A stretch of 17,432 nucleotides of DNA from Octopus sinensis (lineage: Eukaryota), in contig NW_021824860.1 of assembly GCF_006345805.1 (NCBI RefSeq), positions 1 through 17,432 on the forward strand. Direction: 5' to 3'. A model generated the notes under the pieces. It did not search any database. It saw nothing but the letters and a program-made list of their open reading frames with translations, and was not told where the DNA came from. Of this stretch, positions 1 through 9,109 are shown one piece after another. Made by a program: the position numbers and the translations under genes. The number at the start of each line of letters is the position of its first letter. Within the stretch, counting starts at the first letter, position 1.

Positions 1-155
1 ATACACACATAATACATACATAACACACATACATACATAAACATACATACATACATACATACATACATACTACATGCATACATACACACACATACATACA
101 TGCATACATACTACTACATACATACATACATACATACATACACACATACATACCT

Positions 156-186
<31 letters not shown>

Positions 187-216
187 TACATACATAACAT
201 ACACACATACATACAC
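1..216. repeat. (ATAC)n/(AC)n compound microsatellite
   Basis: Continuous imperfect ATAC/AC units from the window start to ...acacgtgg. Confidence 0.95.
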
Positions 217-286
217 GTGGCCGCACAAGATCAAAGGGATACTCCTACTGGTGATAGTATAACTTGAAACAAACAAAATTAAATGT

Positions 287-770
287 AAACACCACCACCA
301 CCACCACCACCACCGCCGCCACCAGCACCACCAGCACCACCACCGCCGCCACCACCACCACCACCATCACCACCACCACCACCACAACCACCACCACCAT
401 CACCACCATCACCACCACCACCACCATCACCACCACCACCACCATCGCCCCACCACCATCACCACCACCACCATCACCCCACCACCATCACCACCACCAC
501 CATCACCCCACCACCATCACCACCACCACCATCACCCCACCACCATCACCACCACCACCAGTATCATCATTATCATTAATGTCGTCGTCTTTTATCATCA
601 CCTCCACCGCCGTCATCGTTCCCCAACCACCCCATCACCATTACCTTCATCACCACGGTCTTGCTCTTCTTTCTCTTCCTCGCCCTCCTCCTCCTCTCCT
701 CCTCTTCTCCTCATTATCATCATCATCATCAACAACAACAACGACTATAATACACAACTACAACCACAAA
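287..770. repeat. (ACC)n/(ATC)n trinucleotide repeat grading into mixed (CCT)/(ATC)/(AAC) low-complexity sequence
   Basis: ACC/ATC triplets at 287-560, degenerate triplets afterwards; source of the poly-Thr/Pro/His and poly-Val ORFs. Confidence 0.9.
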
Positions 771-1057
771 AGCTACGCTAACAGATGTAAAACTGTTTGA
801 TGGCTGACGATCGGGGTAGGATGTAATACGGGTGCACGGCACATGCGCAGTGTGTGTGTTTGATGTGGGGGTGGGTCGGCTAGAGGCAGGTGTCAGGAAT
901 TAATGATTTGGTCAGCTGAATTGGAAAAAATGAGGGGGTGTTGGTCGTGGGTATCATCCGGGTAGGACCACCCGCCACGCCGTTTCATTCACACTCTGTA
1001 CCACACACTCTGTCTTACATTCTTGTATCCGTCTGCTATTAACATTTCGGGTGCATC

Positions 1058-1277
1058 ATCGGTTGGCAGATTCGTTAGAGTTTCCGTTAAAAATGCTTTG
1101 GGGTGCTTTTAAAATGTCTAATGTTTTGAGTTCAAATCCTACTATGTTCAAGTTTCTCTTTCACCTCTCTGGGATCCATAAGATAATGTACCAAATATGT
1201 TCGGGGGTCGCTGGATTCAACTAGCTTCTTCTCGCTCTTACACAAATTTCTGACCTCATGCGTCTATTAGAAACAAT
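1058..1277 (+). mobile_element. Family-A tRNA/CORE-like SINE, old degenerate copy (tail type 2)
   Basis: ttggcagattcgttag (A-box region), tgagttcaaatcc (B-box-like), tttcacctctctgggatccataagataatgtacca (core) and tail caaatttctgacctcatgcg..ttagaaacaatt align by eye to the 2446 and 5179 copies. Confidence 0.6.
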
Positions 1278-1292
1278 TCTAATAGGATAATC

Positions 1293-1504
1293 GGGTGGTG
1301 GACTGGCAGAATCGTTAGCGCGTCGAACAAATTGTCTAGCAGTATTTCTCCGGTTCTTTATGTTCTGAGTTCAAATATAACCAAGGTCAACACTGCATAT
1401 CATCTCCCACCCCACCCCGGTCGATAAAACAGAAGACCTGTCAAGTCCTGGGATCGACGGAATTCACTAATCAACCCTCAAAAATTCTGACCTTGTACCT
1501 ATAT
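1293..1504 (+). mobile_element. Family-A SINE (tail type 2), interrupted near its 3' end; the rest of the tail is at 1692-1717
   Basis: ctggcagaatcgttagcg...gtatttc...gttctgagttcaaat...ggtcgataaaa...ctgggatcga...aaaattctgaccttgtacctatat. Confidence 0.75.
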
Positions 1505-1688
1505 GGGTTTCAAATTTTGGCACAAGGCCAACAATTTGTGGGGAGTGGAGTAAGTCGATTGCATCGGCCCCGAAAGGGAGGAAAGATAAAGTCGACCTCG
1601 GCGGAATTTGAACTCAGATCGTAAAGACGGACGAAATGCCGCTTAGCATTTCGTCCGGTACGCTACCGATTCTGCCAACTCGCTGCCT
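1505..1688 (-). mobile_element. Family-A SINE inserted in antisense, with an internal deletion
   Basis: Reverse complement reads ggcagcgagttggcagaatcggtagcgtaccggacgaaatgctaagcggcatttcgtccgtctttacgatctgagttcaaattccgccgaggtcgac...ggggccgatgcaatcgacttac...ggccttgtgccaaaatttgaaacc. Confidence 0.9.
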
Positions 1689-1718
1689 TCAACCTTGTGT
1701 CCATATTAGGAAGAATTA

Positions 1719-1891
1719 GGCATCGACTTGGCAGAGTTGTTAGCGCGTCGAACGATGTCCTTAGCGGCATGTCTTCGGTCTTTCCACGTTCTGCGTTCAA
1801 ATTTCGCCTTTGTCAACTTCCTTATCGATAAAATAAATACCAGTTGCACTCTAGGGTCGATCTAATCTCCTTTTAATGTCGCTGGCCTTGT
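1719..1891 (+). mobile_element. Family-A SINE, degenerate (tail type 2)
   Basis: ttggcagagttgttagcgcg...ttagcggcat...cgttctgcgttcaaatttcgcc...tcgataaaataaataccagttg...gggtcgatctaatc...gctggccttgtgccaaaacctgaacccatt. Confidence 0.75.
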
Positions 1892-2175
1892 GCCAAAACC
1901 TGAACCCATTGTTGTTGTGGTTTGTCGCTGCTCCTGGGTGTCCCTTTCTGTGAATGCTTCCCTTCTTCATTACAAGACATTCCATGTTTCGCTGGACATA
2001 AAAACATATTTTTATTAGAGATTTTATTGAGTGAAGACAACGATTTCTCTCTTTGACTCTAAACCCACATAAAGAAGAAGGCGGGAAGTCAAGAAGATTG
2101 CTGTCCCTTTGCAAATTTTCCCCAGTGATGATGGGAGTGAGAGTGATGAGTTTAACTTAACTGAGTAGGTTGTGT

Positions 2176-2177
<2 letters not shown>

Positions 2178-2239
<62 letters not shown>

Positions 2240-2257
2240 GAGAGAGAGAGAGAGAGT

Positions 2258-2289
<32 letters not shown>

Positions 2290-2298
2290 AAGAGAGAA
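2178..2298. repeat. (GA)n microsatellite
   Basis: About 100 bp of nearly pure GA; source of the RERE/SLSL ORFs. Confidence 0.97.
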
Positions 2299-2445
2299 AC
2301 AGAAATTGTGGGTATACCGTTTGCGTGGCTCTAGTAAAATCAGAGAAATGCTGATGGTGTTGTGTCTAAGAAGAGTCATTATGCCACTATGACCAGATAT
2401 AAAAACGAAATCTGGTAACGGTGCCTTTGTGTTGTCAATATTTTA

Positions 2446-2841
2446 GCGGCGAGCTGGCAGAAACGTTAGCACGCCGGGTGAAATGCGTAGCCGTACTTCG
2501 TCTGCCGTTACGTTCTGAGTTCAAATTCCGCCGAGGTCGACTTTGCCTTTCATCCTTTCGGGGTCGATAAATTAAGTACCAGTTACGCACTGAGGTCGAT
2601 GTAATCGACTTAATCCGTTTGTCTGTCCTTGTTTGTCCCTTCTGTGTTTAGCCCCTTGTGGGTTGTAAAGAAATAGGTATTCCGACTGCCGTTACGTTCT
2701 GAGTTCAAATTCCGCCGAGGTCGACTTTGCCTTTCATCCTTTCGGGGTCGATAGATTAAGTAACAGTTGCGTACTGGGGGCGATCTAACCGACTAGCCCC
2801 TTTCCCCAAAATTTCGGACCTTGTGCCTTAGAGTAGAAAAG
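2446..2841 (+). mobile_element. Dimeric family-A SINE: full unit with tail 1 (2446-2675) plus 5'-truncated unit with tail 2 (2676-2841), flanked by a 9-bp direct repeat
   Basis: A-box region gctggcagaaacgttagc; B-box-like gagttcaaattcc twice; core ctttcatcctttcggggtcgat twice; AATATTTTA at 2437-2445 and 2842-2850. Confidence 0.92.
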
Positions 2842-3045
2842 AATATTTTATCGTCTGTTTTTAAGTTCCAGAGAATTTTGGACACTGTAGGTTTACTGCT
2901 GAAATGTTTAATAAAAATGGTGAGTCTTGGAGGCGTTTTTGTTACCCCTTTTATGGCGCCTTTGCCTCTCTTACCGTCTTCATGTTTAACTGTGTCCCTT
3001 CCCAGACATCTTTGTAATCCATGACAAAAAAATCAACAAAAATGT

Positions 3046-3444
3046 GGCAGTGGTAAGAAGCTTGCTTCCCAATCACATGCTTCAGGGTTCAGTCGCACTT
3101 CGTGGCATCCTTGGACAAGTGTCTTCTCCTATAACCTCGGGTCAACCAAAGCCTTGTGAGTGGATTTGGCAGACGGAAACTGAAAGAAGCCCGTCATATA
3201 TATATGCGCATGTGTGTGTGTGTGTGTCTGTGTATTTGTGCGTGTATCTGAGTTTGTCTCCCCCACCATCGTTTGACAACCGATGTTGGTGTGTTTACGT
3301 CCCTGTAACTTAGCGATCCGGCAAAAAAAGACCGATAGAATAAGTACTAGGCTTACAAAGTATAAGTCCCGGGATCGATTTGTTCGACTTAGGGCGGTGC
3401 TCCAGCATGGTCGCTGTCAAATGACTGAAACAAGTAAAAGAATG
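3046..3444 (+). mobile_element. Family-B tRNA-derived SINE with internal (AT)/(GT) microsatellite and LINE-like 3' tail
   Basis: ggcagtggtaagaagcttgcttcccaatcacatg..gggttcagtc (tRNA-like head); ccttggacaagtgtcttct; ggaaactgaaagaagcccgtc; tail ggcggtgctccagcatgg..actgaaacaagtaaaaga; same layout as the 5387 and 8471 copies. Confidence 0.88.
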
Positions 3445-3447
3445 AAA

Positions 3448-3597
3448 ATGTCTCAATTAGGGGCCAGAGCGAGCTGAAGGGTGGAGGGGTTAATCGATGA
3501 AATCATCCACATCACATGACTGGCATTGATCGTATCGATTCTGCAAGAATGAAGAACGAAAGGTGAAAGTGACTTTGGTGGTATTTGAAGTCAGAGC
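3448..3597 (-). mobile_element. Family-A SINE, degenerate 5'-truncated antisense copy
   Basis: Reverse complement ctctgacttcaaataccaccaaagtcactttcacctttcgttctt...tcgatacgatcaatgccagt...atcgattaacccctcc...ctggccc matches B-box, core and tail 2. Confidence 0.6.
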
Positions 3598-3628
3598 GAC
3601 CAGGGCCGCAAAATAAAGCTTGTTGCTC

Positions 3629-3742
3629 ATGATGATGATGATAATGATGATATCGATGATGATAAAAAATTATAATGATGGTGATAACGACGATGAGAAA
3701 GATGATGATGCTGATGAATGATGTTGATGATGATGGTGATGG

Positions 3743-3780
<38 letters not shown>

Positions 3781-3962
3781 GTGATGGTGATGGTGATGGT
3801 GATGATGATGATGATGATGATGATGATGGTGATGATGGTGATGGTGATGGTGATGATGATATGATGATGATATCGATGATGATAAAAAATTATAATGATG
3901 GTGATAACGACGATGAGAAAGATGATGATGCTGATGAATGATGTTGATGATGATGGTGATGG

Positions 3963-4000
<38 letters not shown>

Positions 4001-4206
4001 GTGATGGTGATGGTGATGGTGATGATGATGATGATGATGATGATGATGGTGATGATGGTGATGGTGATGGTGATGATGATGATGATGATGATGATGATGG
4101 TGATGATGGTGATGATGGTGATGATGATGATGATGATGGTGATGACAATGATGATGATGAGGATGATGACGATGATGGTGATGATGATGATGATGATGAT
4201 GAGATG

Positions 4207-4238
<32 letters not shown>

Positions 4239-4362
4239 GGTGATGATGGTGATGATGATGATGATGATGGTGATGATGGTGATGGTGGTGATGATGATGA
4301 TGATGATGATGATGGTGATGATGGTGATGATGGTGATGATGATGATGATGATGGTGATGACA

Positions 4363-4394
<32 letters not shown>

Positions 4395-4432
4395 GATGAT
4401 GACGATGATGATGAGGATGATGACGATGATGG

Positions 4433-4470
<38 letters not shown>

Positions 4471-4553
4471 GTGACGATGATGGTGGTGGTGGTAATGATG
4501 ATGATGATGATGATGGTGATGATGATGGTGGTGATGATGATGATGATGATGAA
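3629..4553. repeat. (GAT)n/(GGT) trinucleotide tract of about 0.9 kb containing an exact tandem duplication with 220-bp period
   Basis: GAT units throughout; the block tatcgatgatgataaaaaattataatg... starts at both 3651 and 3871. Confidence 0.97.
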
Positions 4554-5178
4554 ACATTCCAATTTCCGCCAAATGCGGTTTTCATTGAAATTGCTGCACG
4601 ACTCAAGGAAAGAATGTACAACAACAACAACAACAACAGCGTAAAGAGAGAACGGAAAAGAATGTCACATTTGTCCGTGAGAGGGCGTTGTTAGTACATT
4701 AAGACATATTAGTGGCTTGATGGAGTGTATGGTTGACAGTGGGGTAGGACAAGGGTGGCGAGGTGGGTGAATATCAATATGGCGGAGGGTGGTAATGGTG
4801 GTGTTAGTCGTGGCGGGGTGGGATGGGGGGTTGTGGATGTAGTGGTTGTCGTTGTGGTGGTCGTGGAATGCTTACCCGGAGTAGGTATTGCGTGAAACAG
4901 TGTGGGTGTTGCGTGGGAGTGGTGTGGAGGGTGGGGATGGGGGCGGGTGTTAAGAACCTGCAGTGGCTGGGTGGTCGGGTGGGGGTGGGGGCGTTAAGGT
5001 ACATAGAAAGGTGGGTGTGTCGTGAAGATAAGGGTAGATAGTCGGGTACTTAAGATTGTCAGTGACTAATTGGTACCAGCTTCTGACTGGGGTGGAGTGG
5101 GGGAGGGAAGAGAGAGAACACATAAGACAATACAAAGGGTGCGAGGAAAGACTGGGTGACACATATGTCTGCGGGTGA

Positions 5179-5378
5179 GGCGACGAGCTGGCAGAATCGT
5201 TAGCATGCTTCGTGGCATTTCGTCCGTCTATACGTTCTGAGTTCAAATTCCGCCGGGGTCGACTTCGCTTTCATCCTTTCGGGGTCAATGAAATAAGTAC
5301 CAGTCGACTACTGGGGTCGATATAATCGACTTACCCCTCCCCCCAAATTACTGGCCTTGCACCAAACTTTCAAATCAG
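5179..5378 (+). mobile_element. Family-A SINE monomer (tail type 2) with a short deletion in the tRNA region
   Basis: ggcgacgagctggcagaatcgttagcatgc...gttctgagttcaaattccgccggggtcgac...ggggtcgatataatcgacttacccctcc...ctggccttgcaccaaactttcaaatca. Confidence 0.9.
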
Positions 5379-5386
5379 TTTATATA

Positions 5387-5728
5387 GCTGTGTTTGTGCG
5401 TGGTTTTGCGTTCAATCCCATTGCCCAGCACCTTGGGCAATTATCCTCGTTACTAAATATATTCAGAATACAAAGTGTATTTAGTTACATGGAAACTAAG
5501 AGGAAGCCTGCTGTATGTATATGTATGTGTATTGTGTTTGTGCACCCTCCCACCATTTGACAAGAAGTGTTGGTTTGTTTACGCTTCTATGACTTCGCGG
5601 TTCGACAAAAGGTTTCAACGGAATAAGCACCAAATTTTAAAATATATACTACGATCGACTTGTTCGACTAAACCCTTCAACGCGGTGCTACAGCATGGCC
5701 GCAGCCCAATGACAAAAGAATGAAAAAG
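5387..5728 (+). mobile_element. Family-B SINE, degenerate
   Basis: gcgttcaatcccattgcccagcaccttgggcaa; ggaaactaagaggaagcctgctgtatgtat; tttgacaa..gtgttggtttgtttacg; ttgttcgactaaacccttcaacgcggtgctacagcatggccgcag. Confidence 0.75.
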
Positions 5729-5743
5729 TTAAAAGATAAAAAG

Positions 5744-5754
5744 TATATATATAC

Positions 5755-5796
<42 letters not shown>

Positions 5797-5883
5797 ATTA
5801 TATATATATATATATAGATGAGAGAGGAGAGAGATAGAGAGAGAGCGAAGAGAGAGAGAGAGTGAGAGAGAGAGCAGACAGAC

Positions 5884-5946
<63 letters not shown>

Positions 5947-5968
5947 CAGACAGATAGATAGATAGATA
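5744..5968. repeat. Compound microsatellite (AT)n-(AG)n-(AGAT)n
   Basis: Three abutting simple-repeat blocks. Confidence 0.95.
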
Positions 5969-6396
5969 AAGGACATTATTTAAGATAAATTTTAGCTGAA
6001 GTGTCTTCCGTACCGGGTCCCTGTTCATCGGGTATCTCAAACAAGGTGTGTAAATATAAGTGTGGGTGGGGTGAGAGAGTAAAAGAGAAAGAAGGAGGGA
6101 GTAAAGGTTGGAGTGAGTAGTGGTGGGCGTGGAAAGGTCTCCTTTAGTGTTGCAAGGGTTTGACCTTTTAATAGTTTGGGCTGCCCTTGTTACCGCCCGG
6201 GGTTACCACAAGTTGGGTGGCGTGGGCGGTAGGACGTGGCGCGGGCTGTGGAAGTGGATGTGGTTTTAGAGTGGGTGGGCTTCAAGATTAGGGAGTAATG
6301 TGTTTGGGGGTGTGTGGGAGGGGGGTAGATGCTTTTGAAATGGGGGTGGGGAGTGAGGGAAGGGTAGCTGAATATGAGTTTCATACATAATGTACT

Positions 6397-6925
6397 GAGT
6401 ATATATATATGCATATATATGTATACATGCAATGTGTGTATATGTATGCATGTACATACACACACCACACACACACACACACACATACGTACATATATAC
6501 ACATACGCATATATATACACATGTCTGTGTATGTGTTTATGTGCATATGTATATGTATGTGTATATAAATACACACACAGACACACTCACACACACACAC
6601 ACACACAACATATATATACACACAAATACGTATATATATATATACTAACGTATATGTGTGTGTTTATGTACGCAGATAAAATAAAGCAGATGTGGAACAA
6701 TAAATGAATGGGTATGTGTGTGTGTATATCTGTATATACACTATGTATACGCGTATGTATGTATGTATGTATGTCTTCATGTGTGTGAATATATATGTAT
6801 GCATGTGTCTACGTGCGTGTCTGTATAAGTGTGTCCGTGTGAATAGATGTCTGTGCATGTGTGTGTGCGTGTGTGTGTGTGTGTGTGTGCGCATGTGTGT
6901 GTGTGCGTGTGTGTGTGTGTGTGTA
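6397..6925. repeat. Compound (AT)/(AC)/(GT)/(GTAT) microsatellite field
   Basis: Alternating purine-pyrimidine repeats; source of several HTHT/VCVC ORFs. Confidence 0.9.
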
Positions 6926-7409
6926 TGCAGGTAAGAATGAACAGATGTGACGGCGTTAATGGAGACCAGCTACAGCAATGTTGTTGGAATGTCCAGCATA
7001 CTTGGTGACAATTCACACCAGATGGCGCTCTAAATCACCCGGCACGCTACTCTCACACCCAGAATGCTACGGCTGCTTCTGTTCCTCTCCCTACAACTCT
7101 TACTGCTGCTCCTGCTGCTGCTTTTGCTGCTGTTTCTGTTGCTATCGATGGACATAGATGACCACTTTACGCAACTGCTCACATTCGTGGCAAACTCTTC
7201 CCTTTATATACACAGCCATATACTTTGATCCTCCTCCTATTGCAGTATTTTTTCACATTAGAGGAATAACAGCGTTGATATACACACCCAAATATACACA
7301 CACCGACAGTGGTAATCCTCGGATTCTGCTGATGTTACATAAACACACACACACTCCCTTACATCCTTGCGAGCAACCAGCAGAAGGCCATTCCAAAATG
7401 ATCAAATAA

Positions 7410-7787
7410 GGCGGCGAGACGGCAGAATCGTTAGCACGCCAGGCGAAATGCGTATCCGCCGAGGTCGACTTTACCTTTCATCCTTTCGGGGTCGATTAAA
7501 TAAGTACCAGTTACACACTGGAGTCGATATAATCGACTTAATCCTTTTGTCTGTCCTTGTTTGTTCTCTCTGTGTTTAGCCCCTTGTGGGTAGTAAAGAA
7601 ACAGGTATTTCATTTGGCGTTACATTCTGAGTTCAAACTCCACCAAGATCGACTTTGCTTTTCAGCCTTTCATGGTCGATTAAATAATTACCAGTTACGC
7701 ACTGGGGTCGATGTAATCGACTGAAACCCTTTGTCTGTCCTTGTTTGTCCCCTCTAAGTTTAGACCCCCGTGGGCAATAAAGAAATA
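7410..7787 (+). mobile_element. Dimeric family-A SINE: unit 1 with tail 1 and B-box deleted (7410-7603) plus 5'-truncated unit with tail 1 (7604-7787)
   Basis: ggcggcgagacggcagaatcgttagcacgcc; both tails ccttttgtctgtccttgtttg...gtggg..aaagaaa; junction aaaca|ggtattt; ATGATCAA at 7398-7405 and 7791-7798. Confidence 0.88.
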
Positions 7788-7951
7788 AATATGATCAATT
7801 GGCAATGATCCACTCACCAACACACCGCAATCTCTGTTCACTCAGCTTCTTGAGACATCTTCACATCTCCTCTCACTTTCCACCCGACATTCAAACCCTC
7901 CTCTTGACATCCTACTCTCATATATCACCTACACAAATCTGTATATGTCTC

Positions 7952-7954
<3 letters not shown>

Positions 7955-7992
<38 letters not shown>
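7955..7992. repeat. (CT)n microsatellite
   Basis: Pure CT run. Confidence 0.9.
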
Positions 7993-7996
<4 letters not shown>

Positions 7997-8470
7997 TCTC
8001 AATGTCTTCCATATCCTCGCAATTAAAGTTTACCCTTCTACTTCTCCAGTTCCATTTGATGGAACAAATTTTCCAAGGATTCACAAACTGCCACTTATCC
8101 ATCGATGGATGAATCTAGTCTCTCAAAGAATTACCTTCATTGAGATTTATCAGTCAACAACTAAACATTCTCTTCTTCACATCTGTTGTGTAATTGTTCG
8201 TTGCAGAATCCACCAAATTTCTTCCCATCAACCATTCACTCTTCTAGGATTCTCAAATTACCATCACCAAACTTCATTTTCTAATCAGGCTTTGCTTAAC
8301 AGAGCAATATTCTTCCTTGACCAATATCTGTTACCAAACGCTTTTGTAGTCTTTCATCGTTTAATAGTGATGTCATATGGAGAAATACTAATCAAAACAA
8401 CGCAGGTGTCATAGGATGATCGACGCAGCTCACTTCAATGCAAATATTGTCACCATATGTAACCATAGTC

Positions 8471-8691
8471 ACAGGTGTAGCTATGTCATTAAGAAGCTTG
8501 CTTCCCAAACATGTGATCTCGGGTTCAGTCCCATTGCACGGCACCTTGGGAAAGTGTCTTCTACTCAAGCCTCAGGTAGACAAAAGTCTGGTGAGTGAAT
8601 TTTGTGGGCAGAAACTGGAAAAATCCCGGTGAATATGTATACATAAATATATACATACTTGTATATATATATAATATATATATATATAGAT

Positions 8692-8736
<45 letters not shown>

Positions 8737-8807
8737 ACATACATACATATATATATATAATATACATATACATAAATATATATACAGTATATATATGTAT
8801 GTATAAG

Positions 8808-8851
<44 letters not shown>

Positions 8852-9041
8852 GTCTGTACTTTTGTCCTGCACCACCCTTGACAACTGGTCCTGGTTTGTT
8901 CACGTCCCATCACCTGTAAAGTAAGTACTAGACTTATTAAAACGTAAAATTAGTACTAACGTGTTATTTGTTCGACTAAACCCTTCAAGGCGGTGCCCCA
9001 GTATGGCCGCAGTCTAATGCCTGAAACAAGTAAAACAAAGA
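8471..9041 (+). mobile_element. Family-B SINE with an expanded internal AT-rich microsatellite (8633-8850)
   Basis: aagaagcttgcttcccaaacatgtgatctcgggttcagtcccattgcacggcaccttgggaaagtgtcttctact head; tail ttgttcgactaaacccttcaaggcggtgccccagtatggccgcagtctaatgcctgaaacaagtaaaa. Confidence 0.85.
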
Positions 9042-9109
9042 GATCACAGGCAGCCACAGCTGTGCCGAAAAGGCAAAAGGAGTACAATCAGTGGAGGAAC
9101 CTTCTGATG

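Noticed and set aside
74-800. Thr/Pro/His-rich and HTYI ORFs resembling mucin or extensin
   Set aside because: Explained entirely by (ACC)n and (ATAC)n repeats, which lack stop codons.
1960-2030. Minus-strand GAAAC-ATGGAAT-GTC with a good stem III
   Set aside because: No CTGANGA (only ctaataa), no stem II partner for ccagc and no stem I complement; compatible with chance.
3627-4644. Long ORFs (up to 311 aa) of poly-His, Ile, Ser, Asp or Met
   Set aside because: Translations of the (GAT)n tract, open in several frames on both strands; no non-repetitive coding context.
6928-6936. Strong splice-donor-like CAG|GTAAGA
   Set aside because: Preceded directly by (GT)n microsatellite, with no plausible exon or acceptor upstream.
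7064-7228. 54-aa ORF with a signal-peptide-like poly-Leu N-terminus (MLRLLLFLSLQLLLL...)
   Set aside because: The Leu run comes from degenerate (CTG)n; the remainder is short and has no recognisable motif. Needs RNA-seq or ribosome-profiling support.
8050-8110. Short palindromes TTCCAT-ttg-ATGGAA and ATCCATCGATGGAT
   Set aside because: Too short and isolated to distinguish from chance; no associated element.
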